A DNA stretch of 32,000 nucleotides from an uncultured Clostridia bacterium (GCA_934149075.1 CAKPDR010000001.1:205367-237366), one strand, 5' to 3'; shown: positions 1 to 9,362, counted from the stretch's first letter. Numbers and translations are program-made. Notes: generated from the letters alone by a model not told the origin.

Positions 1-1058
1 GAGTTGCATCTAAAACAACAATGCCTATACTAGAAGGAATACTTATTCAAACTAATGATAATGAAATAAAATTAACAACGTATGACTTAGAAATCGGAAT
101 AGAATATGTGATGGAATGTGAAGTAAAAGAACAAGGAAGTACAGTAGTAAATGCTATAATGTTTAGTGAAATAATAAGAAAACTACCTGATACAGAAATT
201 TATATTACATTAAATGAAAACAATTTATTGGAAATTGAATGTGAAGGAGCATTATATAAATTAACAACAATGAATCCTGAAGAATTTCCAGAATTACCTA
301 AAATAGAAGTAGAAAATTCAATTGATTTAGAACAAAACATGTTAAGAAATATGATAAGAAAAACAATATTTGCAGTTAGTAACGAAGAAAATAGACCTAT
401 ATTCACAGGTTGTTTATTTGAAGTGGAAAACAATAAATTAAATGTTGTTGCAGTAGACGGATTTAGATTAGCATTAAGAAGCATCTATCTACAAAATAAA
501 GTTAATGACTTTAAAGCAGTAATACCTGGAAAAACATTAAATGAAATTAATAAAATTTTACAAGATTCATTTGATCATATAAAAATTGGAATTGCAAAAA
601 ATCAAGCATTATTTGAGATGGAAAATTGTAAAATTGTTACTCGTATACTAGATGGAGAGTTTTTAAATTACAAATCTGTTATTCCAAGTAATTGGGAAAC
701 AAGGATTAGAGTAAATAAGAATAATATACAAAATAGTTTTGAAAGAATTAGCTTAATTTCAGCATCATCTATAGAAAAAGAGAAAAAATATCCAGTAAAA
801 GTTTCTATAGATATTGGTAAATTGACTATTTCTTGTACAAATCAAACAGGAGAAGCTAAAGAAGAAATATATGTATCAACAGAAGGAAAAAATATAGAAG
901 CAGGATTTAATCCCAAATATTTTCTTGACAGCTTAAAAGCTATTGATGATGAAGAAGTTTTTGTTGAATTTGGGACAAGTATATCCCCATGTTTAGTAAA
1001 ATCTGTGGAAAACAATGAATATGTTTATATGATTTTACCAATAAGATTAAAAGAATAA
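1..1058 (+). CDS. dnaN: DNA polymerase III beta sliding clamp, 5'-truncated by the window edge
   Basis: The frame is open from the window edge (codons VASKTT precede the first listed Met), so the true N-terminus lies upstream. The sequence is beta-clamp-like and of the right length, and it sits in the canonical position ahead of recF-gyrB-gyrA. Confidence 0.9.
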   Translation, partial: VASKTTMPILEGILIQTNDNEIKLTTYDLEIGIEYVMECEVKEQGSTVVNAIMFSEIIRKLPDTEIYITLNENNLLEIECEGALYKLTTMNPEEFPELPKIEVENSIDLEQNMLRNMIRKTIFAVSNEENRPIFTGCLFEVENNKLNVVAVDGFRLALRSIYLQNKVNDFKAVIPGKTLNEINKILQDSFDHIKIGIAKNQALFEMENCKIVTRILDGEFLNYKSVIPSNWETRIRVNKNNIQNSFERISLISASSIEKEKKYPVKVSIDIGKLTISCTNQTGEAKEEIYVSTEGKNIEAGFNPKYFLDSLKAIDDEEVFVEFGTSISPCLVKSVENNEYVYMILPIRLKE

Positions 1059-1100
1059 AAGTTTGGTCAGGGGGAAATCTTCTGACCAAACTTTTATTAT
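1058..1100 (+). terminator. Intrinsic terminator after dnaN
   Basis: Inverted repeat AAAGTTTGGTCAG (1058-1070) / CTGACCAAACTTT (1082-1094) starts at the dnaN stop codon and is followed by a T-rich tail. Confidence 0.6.
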
Positions 1101-1399
1101 GAAAGATTAAATAAACTCAAAACAAGTAAACATAATATGAAAATAAAATTTTTAATAATTAATTTTGAAAAAAAGAATAAAATAGTATAAAATCGAAAAA
1201 AAAAGAATAAAATAGATAAAAAAAGATATAAAAATAACAATACACCAACATTAAGTTACATAAAACATAATATTTTAAATAAACAAATAATTAATAAAAA
1301 AATAAATAAATAAATAATTTAATTATTTTTTTAAAAATAATTAGATAATAAATTAATTAATTATTTATTTAGATATTTATTATAAAAATATAAAAAAAT

Positions 1400-1589
1400 T
1401 CGACGTATGAAAATCAAAAATAAGACATTTTTATTTTTTATTAATATAACTTTATATTTAAAAATAAAAAAATTAAAAAAAATAAATAAAAATCGACGCA
1501 CGAAAATCAAAAATAAGACGTTTTAATTTTTTATTAATATAATTTTATATTTATAAATAATAAAAAATAAATAAAAAAATCGTAAAAAT
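1400..1589. repeat. Tandem ~90-bp direct repeats in an almost pure A/T spacer
   Basis: Units begin TCGACG(T/C)A(T/C)GAAAATCAAAAATAAGAC at 1400 and 1493. By hand alignment the first 61 nt differ at 5 positions. A truncated third start (TCGTAAAAAT) lies at 1580. The surrounding 1100-1608 region has no ORF and very few G/C. Confidence 0.8.
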
Positions 1590-1598
1590 AAATAAAAA

Positions 1599-1630
1599 TT
1601 ATACACAAATGGAGAAAAATATGTGGATAA
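1599..1630. promoter_or_regulatory. Pair of convergent DnaA-box-like 9-mers at the recF start
   Basis: TTATACACA (1599-1607) fits TTATNCACA. TGTGGATAA (1622-1630) is the exact reverse complement of TTATCCACA. The two flank the recF SD and overlap its start codon. Confidence 0.3.
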
Positions 1631-2694
1631 CTAATATAAAATTAAACAATTTTAGGAATTATAATGAAAAAGAAATAAAATTACATGAAAATATTAATGT
1701 TTTTTTTGGAGAAAATGCTCAAGGAAAAACTAATATTATAGAATCAATATTTTTATGTAGTATTGGAAAATCATTTAGAACGAATAAAGAAAAAGAATTA
1801 ATAAGATTTAATGAAAAAAAAACATCTGTAGAAATTAATTTTCAGAAAAGCGATAGAGAAGGAAATATAAAAATTGAAATTGGTGAAAAAAAACAAGTAT
1901 ATTTAAATGGAATAAAAATAAAAAAATTAAGTGAATTATTAGGAAATATAAATATAGTAATTTTTACACCAGATGATATTAATATATTAAAAGGTGGACC
2001 ACAAAATAGAAGAAAATTTTTAGATATAATGATAAGTCAATTAAGACCTAATTATATGCATGTATTATCATTATATAATAAAACACTTGAGCAAAGAAAT
2101 AATTATTTAAAACAAATTAAATTAGAAAAAAAAGATGAAAATTTATTAGATATTTGGGATGAAAAATTAATTGAATATGGATTAAAAATTTATGAATATA
2201 GAAGTGAGTTTATTGAAAAGATAAAAAATAAAATAAAAAATATTCATAAAGAAATTACTAATAATAAAGAAGAAATTGAAATTGAATATTTTTCTGATGC
2301 AAAGACTAGACAAAACTTTATAAATGAGTTAAAATCAAGAAGAAAGTTAGATATAATAAAAGGATTTACAACCAAAGGCATACACAGGGATGATTTTATT
2401 ATATATATAAATAAGAAGGAAGTTGGAATTTTTGGTTCACAAGGTCAAAATAGAACAGCAATGCTTTCATTAAAACTTTCAGAATTACAGGTTATATATG
2501 ATGATATTGGAGAATATCCGATATTATTATTAGATGATTTTATGTCAGAATTAGATGAAAAAAGAAGAGAAAGTTTTTTAAAAAACATTAGAGATATTCA
2601 AGTCATAATAACATGTACTGAAAAAATAACACTTGAAAATTTAAAATATTTTTCGTATAATGTTATAGATGGAAATATATATGAAAAAAATTAA
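1621..2694 (+). CDS. recF: DNA replication and repair protein RecF
   Basis: RecF-type N-terminus MWITNIKLNNFRNY, Walker A GENAQGKTNIIES and a C-terminal LLLDDFMSELD motif. GGAG at 1611-1614 lies 6 nt before ATG 1621, whereas the ORF-track ATG at 1609 has no SD, so 1621 is preferred. Confidence 0.9.
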   Translation: MWITNIKLNNFRNYNEKEIKLHENINVFFGENAQGKTNIIESIFLCSIGKSFRTNKEKELIRFNEKKTSVEINFQKSDREGNIKIEIGEKKQVYLNGIKIKKLSELLGNINIVIFTPDDINILKGGPQNRRKFLDIMISQLRPNYMHVLSLYNKTLEQRNNYLKQIKLEKKDENLLDIWDEKLIEYGLKIYEYRSEFIEKIKNKIKNIHKEITNNKEEIEIEYFSDAKTRQNFINELKSRRKLDIIKGFTTKGIHRDDFIIYINKKEVGIFGSQGQNRTAMLSLKLSELQVIYDDIGEYPILLLDDFMSELDEKRRESFLKNIRDIQVIITCTEKITLENLKYFSYNVIDGNIYEKN

Positions 2695-2746
2695 GTGCAT
2701 TTTGAAAATTTTTCCAATAGTGTGCTATTGAAAGGAAGGAAAATGA

Positions 2747-4675
<1,929 letters not shown>

Positions 4676-4690
4676 ATTATATAAAAATAT

Positions 4691-4723
4691 TAATAGGATT
4701 CCACAATTTGTGGAATCCTATTA
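4691..4723. terminator. Perfect 15-bp palindrome after gyrB (weak terminator or protein-binding site)
   Basis: TAATAGGATTCCACA (4691-4705) pairs with TGTGGAATCCTATTA (4709-4723) across a 3-nt loop. No U-tract follows on the + strand, so terminator function is uncertain. Confidence 0.4.
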
Positions 4724-4800
4724 TCTATAAAGCTAATATCAATCTTAACTCAAACTAATATACATAATAGTCTAATCTAATGTATATTACTATACAAATA

Positions 4801-5127
4801 AACCATATACCACATATATTAATCAGTCGCTCGACTACAAATGCACTAGTAGAAACCATATTCATCCTACCAAAGGACTAATAACAACCCCATATAATAC
4901 AAGAATAATCTTAGTTCAAATATATTACATATAATTTAACCATATACAAAATATAAAAATAATCCTTGAAAATTTAAATAAAATATAGCTTACATACACA
5001 TAATATATTTTTATCTCCGACATATACCAATCCATAAAAATGAACCGATATACATCTTTGCTCGAATATTAACAAACTAATGAATAATCTATTAACACTC
5101 TTTACTCAACTGATATTAACCTTATAC
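4801..5127 (+). repeat. Iteron-like array of AACCATATAC motifs in an A/C-rich, G-poor spacer
   Basis: Exact AACCATATAC occurs at 4801-4810 and 4938-4947. Same-orientation variants are AACCATATTC (4854-4863), AACCCCATATAA (4886-4897), CGACATATAC (5018-5027), AACCGATATAC (5043-5053) and AACCTTATAC (5118-5127). No ORF of 60 aa or more exists on either strand. Confidence 0.6.
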
Positions 5128-5248
5128 ACATATTATGTGCAGAAATTTTTTTTATATACAAAAAATAAAAAAATTTTAAAAGGTAAATTTTACAAATAAA
5201 TGAAACTGTAATAGTAATAAACTGTCGAATTATGTCGAACGATTTTTC

Positions 5249-5277
5249 TTGCAATTATACATAATATATTGTATAAT
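5249..5277 (+). promoter_or_regulatory. Sigma-A-type promoter upstream of the VirB4-like genes
   Basis: TTGCAA (5249-5254), a 17-nt spacer, then TATAAT (5272-5277). Direct repeats TGTCGAA (5223-5229 and 5233-5239) lie just upstream of the -35. Confidence 0.55.
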
Positions 5278-5351
5278 AACATGAAAGAATAAATATTTTA
5301 TTTTTATTTCAAAGTTCAAATATTATTTTTTTCAAACAATTTTAATAGGAG

Positions 5352-5900
5352 GTGACAAAAATTAAATCTATACAAAAATGGATACCAGTAGAACAAATTT
5401 TAGATAAAGGAATTATAAAAATAAAAAAAAATAAATATGTGAAAATTTTAAAAGTAATTCCAATAAATTTTAATTTAAAAACACAATTAGAAAAAGAATC
5501 AATTTTAAATTCTTATAAAATATTTTTAAAAACATGTAATTTTGATATGCAAATTTTAATTCAAAGTAAAAAAGAAGATTTAACTGCACATATAGAAAAT
5601 ATTCAAAAAATATCCCAAAAAGAAAATAATAAAATAATAAAAGAATATTCAAAAAAATATTTGGAATTTATAAAAGAAAAAAATAATAAAAATAAATCTG
5701 CATCAAAAAATATTTATTTAATTATAAAAAATAATACAGATAATTTAGAAGAAAATATTATTCAAGAATTAAATGAAAAATATTTTAAAATAAAAGATTG
5801 TTTAATTAGATGTGGAAATGTTGTTTTTGAGTGTGATAAAACAGAAATAAAAAATATTTTATTTTCATTTTTTAATTTAAAAAAATTTTTAGACAAATAA
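5352..5900 (+). CDS. N-terminal fragment of a Gram-positive VirB4-like conjugation ATPase (split gene)
   Basis: WIPVEQILDKGIIKIKKNKYVKILKVIPINFNLKTQLEKESILNSYKIFLKTCNFDMQILIQ follows the pattern of the N-terminal region of Tn916 Orf16 / CD1110 / PrgJ-type VirB4 proteins. It ends in a double stop (TAA TAA). The listed GTG start lies inside the SD AGGAGGTG, so the true start is uncertain; an in-frame ATT at 5361 sits 8 nt after the SD. Confidence 0.6.
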   Translation: MTKIKSIQKWIPVEQILDKGIIKIKKNKYVKILKVIPINFNLKTQLEKESILNSYKIFLKTCNFDMQILIQSKKEDLTAHIENIQKISQKENNKIIKEYSKKYLEFIKEKNNKNKSASKNIYLIIKNNTDNLEENIIQELNEKYFKIKDCLIRCGNVVFECDKTEIKNILFSFFNLKKFLDK

Positions 5901-5925
5901 TAAAGGAAGTGATATAAAAATAAAT

Positions 5926-7833
5926 ATGGAAAAAAATAAAAAAATAATTAATAATATATCATCAAAAAATAAATCAATAAAAAAAGAAAAAATAAATAAT
6001 AAAAAAATAAAATTTAATAAAAAAATAATTAATAAAATTAAAAATAAAATAAATAATAAAGAAAAAAATAATAAAAAAATTAATAGTGGAATTTTTTCAG
6101 AAAAGGATTTCATTTCTCCTACATATATTAATTTAAAAAATCCTAAATATTTAGAAATCGATGAATATTTTTATTCTGGAATAATTATAGTAAATTATTA
6201 TAGAGAATATAATGAATTAATTTTAAAATCTTTAATAGAAACAAATATAAATATGAATATTTCTATGTTTTACGAAAAACAAGATACATCAAAAACAATT
6301 AAAGAGTTAACTTATAATATAGGAAATGTTGGGGTTGAATTAAAACAATCAAGTGAAAATAGACAAGATATAGATATTGCAGCATTTACATATAATGATG
6401 CTAAATATATTAGAAAAGAAATTCAATTAAATAACGAAGAAATATATTTTTTCTATATTTATTTAAATATTTTTTCAAAAGATAAAAAAGAATTAGAGTA
6501 CAATCTAGATAAAATAGAGGGAATTCTACAAAGTAAAGGACTTCAAACAAGAAGATCTAATTTTAGACAAGAGCAAATTTTTACTTCCTGTTTGCCATTA
6601 TTTGACAATAATGAGGACTTAAAAGAGGTGGGAAAAAGGAATATTTTGACATCTGGATTAATAAGCACATACCCATTTTTATCATCATCAATAGTCGAAG
6701 AAAATGGAATTTATATAGGAAATAATATGTATAATAATTCGTTAATTTTAATAGATAGATATAATACGAATAAATATAAAAACGCTAATATGTGCATATT
6801 TGGGACAAGTGGAGCTGGAAAATCTTTCTATACAAAATTATTGATTTTAAGAAATACATTATTGGGAATTGAACAATATGTAATAGACCCAGAAAAGGAA
6901 TATAATAATATAGCAAAAAAAATAAATGGTACGATTATAAAATTAGGTCCAACGTCAGAAAATTATATTAATATTTTTGATATCAGAAAAGAAAGCATAG
7001 AAGAAAATGAGCATGGTTATTTAGCAACAAAAATAGGAAAATTAATTGGATTTTTTAATTTAATTTTTGGAGAATTAAATGAAGAAGAAAAAGCAATATT
7101 AGAAGAAAAAATAATTCAAGTTTATAAAATAAAAAAAATTAATTTTAATGATAAATCTTTATATAATAAAAATAAAAAATTTAAATCTACAAAAGATATG
7201 CCAATATTAGAAGATTTTTATAATATATTAAATGATGAAAAAACAAAAAAATTTAAAATAAAATTAATTCCATTTATAAAAGGATCATTAAAATTTTTTA
7301 ATAATTATACAAATATTGAATTAAATAAAAAATTAATTATTGCAGATGTTTATGAATTAGGTGAAGAAAATATGAAATTTGGAATGTATTTATTTACTGA
7401 ATTATTTTGGGATAAAATAAAAATAAATAGAAAAATAAAAAAAGCAATTTATTTAGATGAAATTTGGAGATTAATTGGTGTAACATCAAATAAAGAAGTT
7501 GCAAAATTTATTTATAAAATATTTAAAACAATTAGAAAATATGGAGGAAGTAGTGTTGCCATAACACAAGATATTTCTGATTTATTTAGTTTGGAAAATG
7601 GTACGTATGGAAAAAGTATTTTAAATAATTCAAGTATAAAAACTTTTTTTTCTCTTGAGGAAGAAAATATTAAAGTATTATCACAATATTCTAACTTATC
7701 AGAAAAAGAAAAAATTGAAATAAAATCTTTAAGGAGAGGGGAGTGTTTAACTTTTGTTGGTGATGAACATATTTTAATAAATATTGATGCAAGTGATTTC
7801 GAAAAAGAAATTATTGAAGAAAAAAATAAATAA
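5926..7833 (+). CDS. VirB4-like T4SS ATPase, C-terminal three quarters (split gene)
   Basis: Walker A FGTSGAGKSF, DPEKEY, Walker B AIYLDEIW and ITQDISD motifs are typical of VirB4/TraE/TrsE ATPases. The first ~55 aa are a K/N/I low-complexity tract. Together 182 + 635 aa approximate the ~800-aa length of intact family members. Confidence 0.8.
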   Translation: MEKNKKIINNISSKNKSIKKEKINNKKIKFNKKIINKIKNKINNKEKNNKKINSGIFSEKDFISPTYINLKNPKYLEIDEYFYSGIIIVNYYREYNELILKSLIETNINMNISMFYEKQDTSKTIKELTYNIGNVGVELKQSSENRQDIDIAAFTYNDAKYIRKEIQLNNEEIYFFYIYLNIFSKDKKELEYNLDKIEGILQSKGLQTRRSNFRQEQIFTSCLPLFDNNEDLKEVGKRNILTSGLISTYPFLSSSIVEENGIYIGNNMYNNSLILIDRYNTNKYKNANMCIFGTSGAGKSFYTKLLILRNTLLGIEQYVIDPEKEYNNIAKKINGTIIKLGPTSENYINIFDIRKESIEENEHGYLATKIGKLIGFFNLIFGELNEEEKAILEEKIIQVYKIKKINFNDKSLYNKNKKFKSTKDMPILEDFYNILNDEKTKKFKIKLIPFIKGSLKFFNNYTNIELNKKLIIADVYELGEENMKFGMYLFTELFWDKIKINRKIKKAIYLDEIWRLIGVTSNKEVAKFIYKIFKTIRKYGGSSVAITQDISDLFSLENGTYGKSILNNSSIKTFFSLEEENIKVLSQYSNLSEKEKIEIKSLRRGECLTFVGDEHILINIDASDFEKEIIEEKNK

Positions 7834-7851
7834 AAAAGAAAGGAAAAAAAT

Positions 7852-8547
7852 ATGGAAATAGAAAATAAAATAAATATAGAAAAAAATAAAAATATTTTTT
7901 TAAATAATATAATTGGAAAAACAATTAATAATGCTTTGGATATAGGACTAAGAGCAATTTTGCCAGATTTAATAGAAAATCAAGTTATTAATATAAAAAA
8001 CGAATTAATAGAAAATGGTTTAAAGGCAGGCGCTAATACAGCAATAAATTCAGTAATAAATTTGAAGAAAAGTGCAATGGGGATAATTACAGGTAATTTT
8101 GATAATATTGAGCAAATAAATACGGCAATTGGAAATGGCGGAATAATTGATACAATTTCTGATCTTTTGGATAATGCTTTAAATAAAATATATAAAAATG
8201 GAAAAATAAATAATAATATATATAAATTAATAAAAAATGGGAAAAATATAATATTGGATAATGTTAATAATAATATAAGAAATGAATTAAAAAATCAAAA
8301 TAATTCAATTGAAAAATTAGAAAAATATATAAAAAATTGGCAAGAAAATTATAATAAAAAAGATTTTAATAAAATGACACAAGAATATGAAAAAATAGAA
8401 AAAGAATATAATAAAATAATTCCTTTAGAAAATATTATTAATGAAACAAAAAAAGTAAAGGCAATTCATAATTTAATAAAAAATAATGGACAAAATTTTA
8501 ATCTTACGGAAGAAGAAAAAAGACTTGCTATTAATCTTGCAATTTAA
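7852..8547 (+). CDS. Hypothetical N/K/I-rich, probably helical protein with no recognisable family
   Basis: A 231-aa ORF with an AAAGGA SD, tightly following the VirB4-like gene. No TM segment or catalytic motif was recognised. Confidence 0.5.
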   Translation: MEIENKINIEKNKNIFLNNIIGKTINNALDIGLRAILPDLIENQVINIKNELIENGLKAGANTAINSVINLKKSAMGIITGNFDNIEQINTAIGNGGIIDTISDLLDNALNKIYKNGKINNNIYKLIKNGKNIILDNVNNNIRNELKNQNNSIEKLEKYIKNWQENYNKKDFNKMTQEYEKIEKEYNKIIPLENIINETKKVKAIHNLIKNNGQNFNLTEEEKRLAINLAI

Positions 8548-8550
8548 AAA

Positions 8551-8574
8551 ATACATGTGAAAAAACACATGTAT
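8551..8574 (-). terminator. Hairpin terminator between convergent genes
   Basis: ATACATGTG (8551-8559) pairs with CACATGTAT (8566-8574) across a 6-nt loop. On the - strand it is followed by a T-run, directly after the XRE stop codon. Confidence 0.6.
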
Positions 8575-8589
8575 AAAAAATATATTTAA

Positions 8590-8940
8590 TTAATTATTTT
8601 CATCTAATATTTTTCTACAAAAATCATTTGAACACATAACAATATGATAAATAAAATCAGATGTTACATCAGAATTAACTGTTAAAATATTATTTATTTT
8701 TTGTATAGTTTCATTATTTGTACTTTTTCCAAACAATAAATAATCAGCTGAAACACCGGTATATTTTACGACTTTTTTTAATGTTTTTACACTTAAAGCA
8801 CGTTCACCTCTTTCAATTTGACCTAAAAAAGAATCTGTAATATCAATTTTTTCAGAAAATTGTTCTCTAGTCATGTGCATTTGTTCTCTTATACCACGTA
8901 GTCTTTCGCCAATTTCAATATTTTCCTTATTAAAATGCAT
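8590..8940 (-). CDS. XRE-family helix-turn-helix transcriptional regulator
   Basis: The N-terminal IGERLRGIREQMHMTREQFSEKIDITDSFLGQIERGERALSVKTLKKVVKYTGVSADYLLFG is a typical Cro/C1-type HTH. A GAGGTGA SD precedes the ATG. Confidence 0.85.
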   Translation of the reverse strand: MHFNKENIEIGERLRGIREQMHMTREQFSEKIDITDSFLGQIERGERALSVKTLKKVVKYTGVSADYLLFGKSTNNETIQKINNILTVNSDVTSDFIYHIVMCSNDFCRKILDENN

Positions 8941-9107
8941 TTGCTCACCTCAAAAATCTTTTTTATATTATATAGCGAAAATTGTCAACATATAATATGC
9001 AAAAAGCACATTTTTAATATACACATTATTTTGATATATAATAATATCTTTATAAGAATAAAAAATAATTATTAGGAAAATATAAATAATAAATAAGGAG
9101 GACAAAT

Positions 9108-9320
9108 ATGTTTGACGATGAATTTATAAATCAAATTTTTGAGAATAGATATGAAAAAATAGAAAATAATATACAAGCAGAATATCATAAAAAAATAAAA
9201 AAAATAACAACAGAAAATAATGAAGAAAAAAATAACATAAAAATGAATATAATTAGTGAATTATATTATAAACAAGGTTTTAAAGATGGAGCAAATTTTA
9301 TGTTAAAAAACATAAAATAA
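9108..9320 (+). CDS. Small hypothetical protein divergent from the XRE gene
   Basis: A 70-aa ORF with a strong SD (TAAGGAGGA) 6-7 nt upstream. The divergent arrangement with a repressor-like gene suggests a switch partner. Confidence 0.5.
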   Translation: MFDDEFINQIFENRYEKIENNIQAEYHKKIKKITTENNEEKNNIKMNIISELYYKQGFKDGANFMLKNIK

Positions 9321-9333
9321 TTGCCCAAAAGCC

Positions 9334-9362
9334 TTGCAAAATAAGGATTAGTGTAATATAAT
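9334..9362 (+). promoter_or_regulatory. Consensus sigma-A promoter of gyrA
   Basis: TTGCAA (9334-9339), a 17-nt spacer, then TATAAT (9357-9362), about 37 nt before the gyrA ATG. Confidence 0.65.

Larger units (their letters stand above)
4724..9333 (+). mobile_element. Island fragment A between gyrB and gyrA (repeat-rich spacer, split VirB4-like ATPase, orphan gene, XRE module)
   Basis: It interrupts the usually adjacent gyrB-gyrA pair. It carries T4SS and regulator genes that are visibly more AT-rich, and more K/N/I-rich in protein, than the flanking gyrase genes. gyrA has its own consensus promoter directly after the block. No integrase or att repeats were found, so the boundaries are approximate. 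Confidence 0.5.

Noticed and set aside
1400-1589. Tandem repeats considered as a CRISPR array
   Set aside because: There are only about 2.5 copies, the unit is about 90 bp with no repeat/spacer alternation, the content is almost pure A/T, and no cas genes are present.
1100-1630. The dnaN-recF AT-rich spacer considered as oriC
   Set aside because: Only two DnaA-box-like sites were found, both at the recF start. Firmicute oriC normally flanks dnaA, which lies upstream of this window. The idea is kept as an open question, not a call.
2715-2730. Small hairpin CAATAG-TGTG-CTATTG between recF and gyrB considered as a regulatory element
   Set aside because: It is only a 6-bp stem with no flanking signals, so chance occurrence is plausible.
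5889-6113. 74-aa minus-strand ORF (F/L/I-rich) overlapping the start of the VirB4-like gene
   Set aside because: It is the complement of the poly-A/K-N-rich low-complexity tract. It has no SD and a purely hydrophobic repetitive composition, so it is a shadow ORF.
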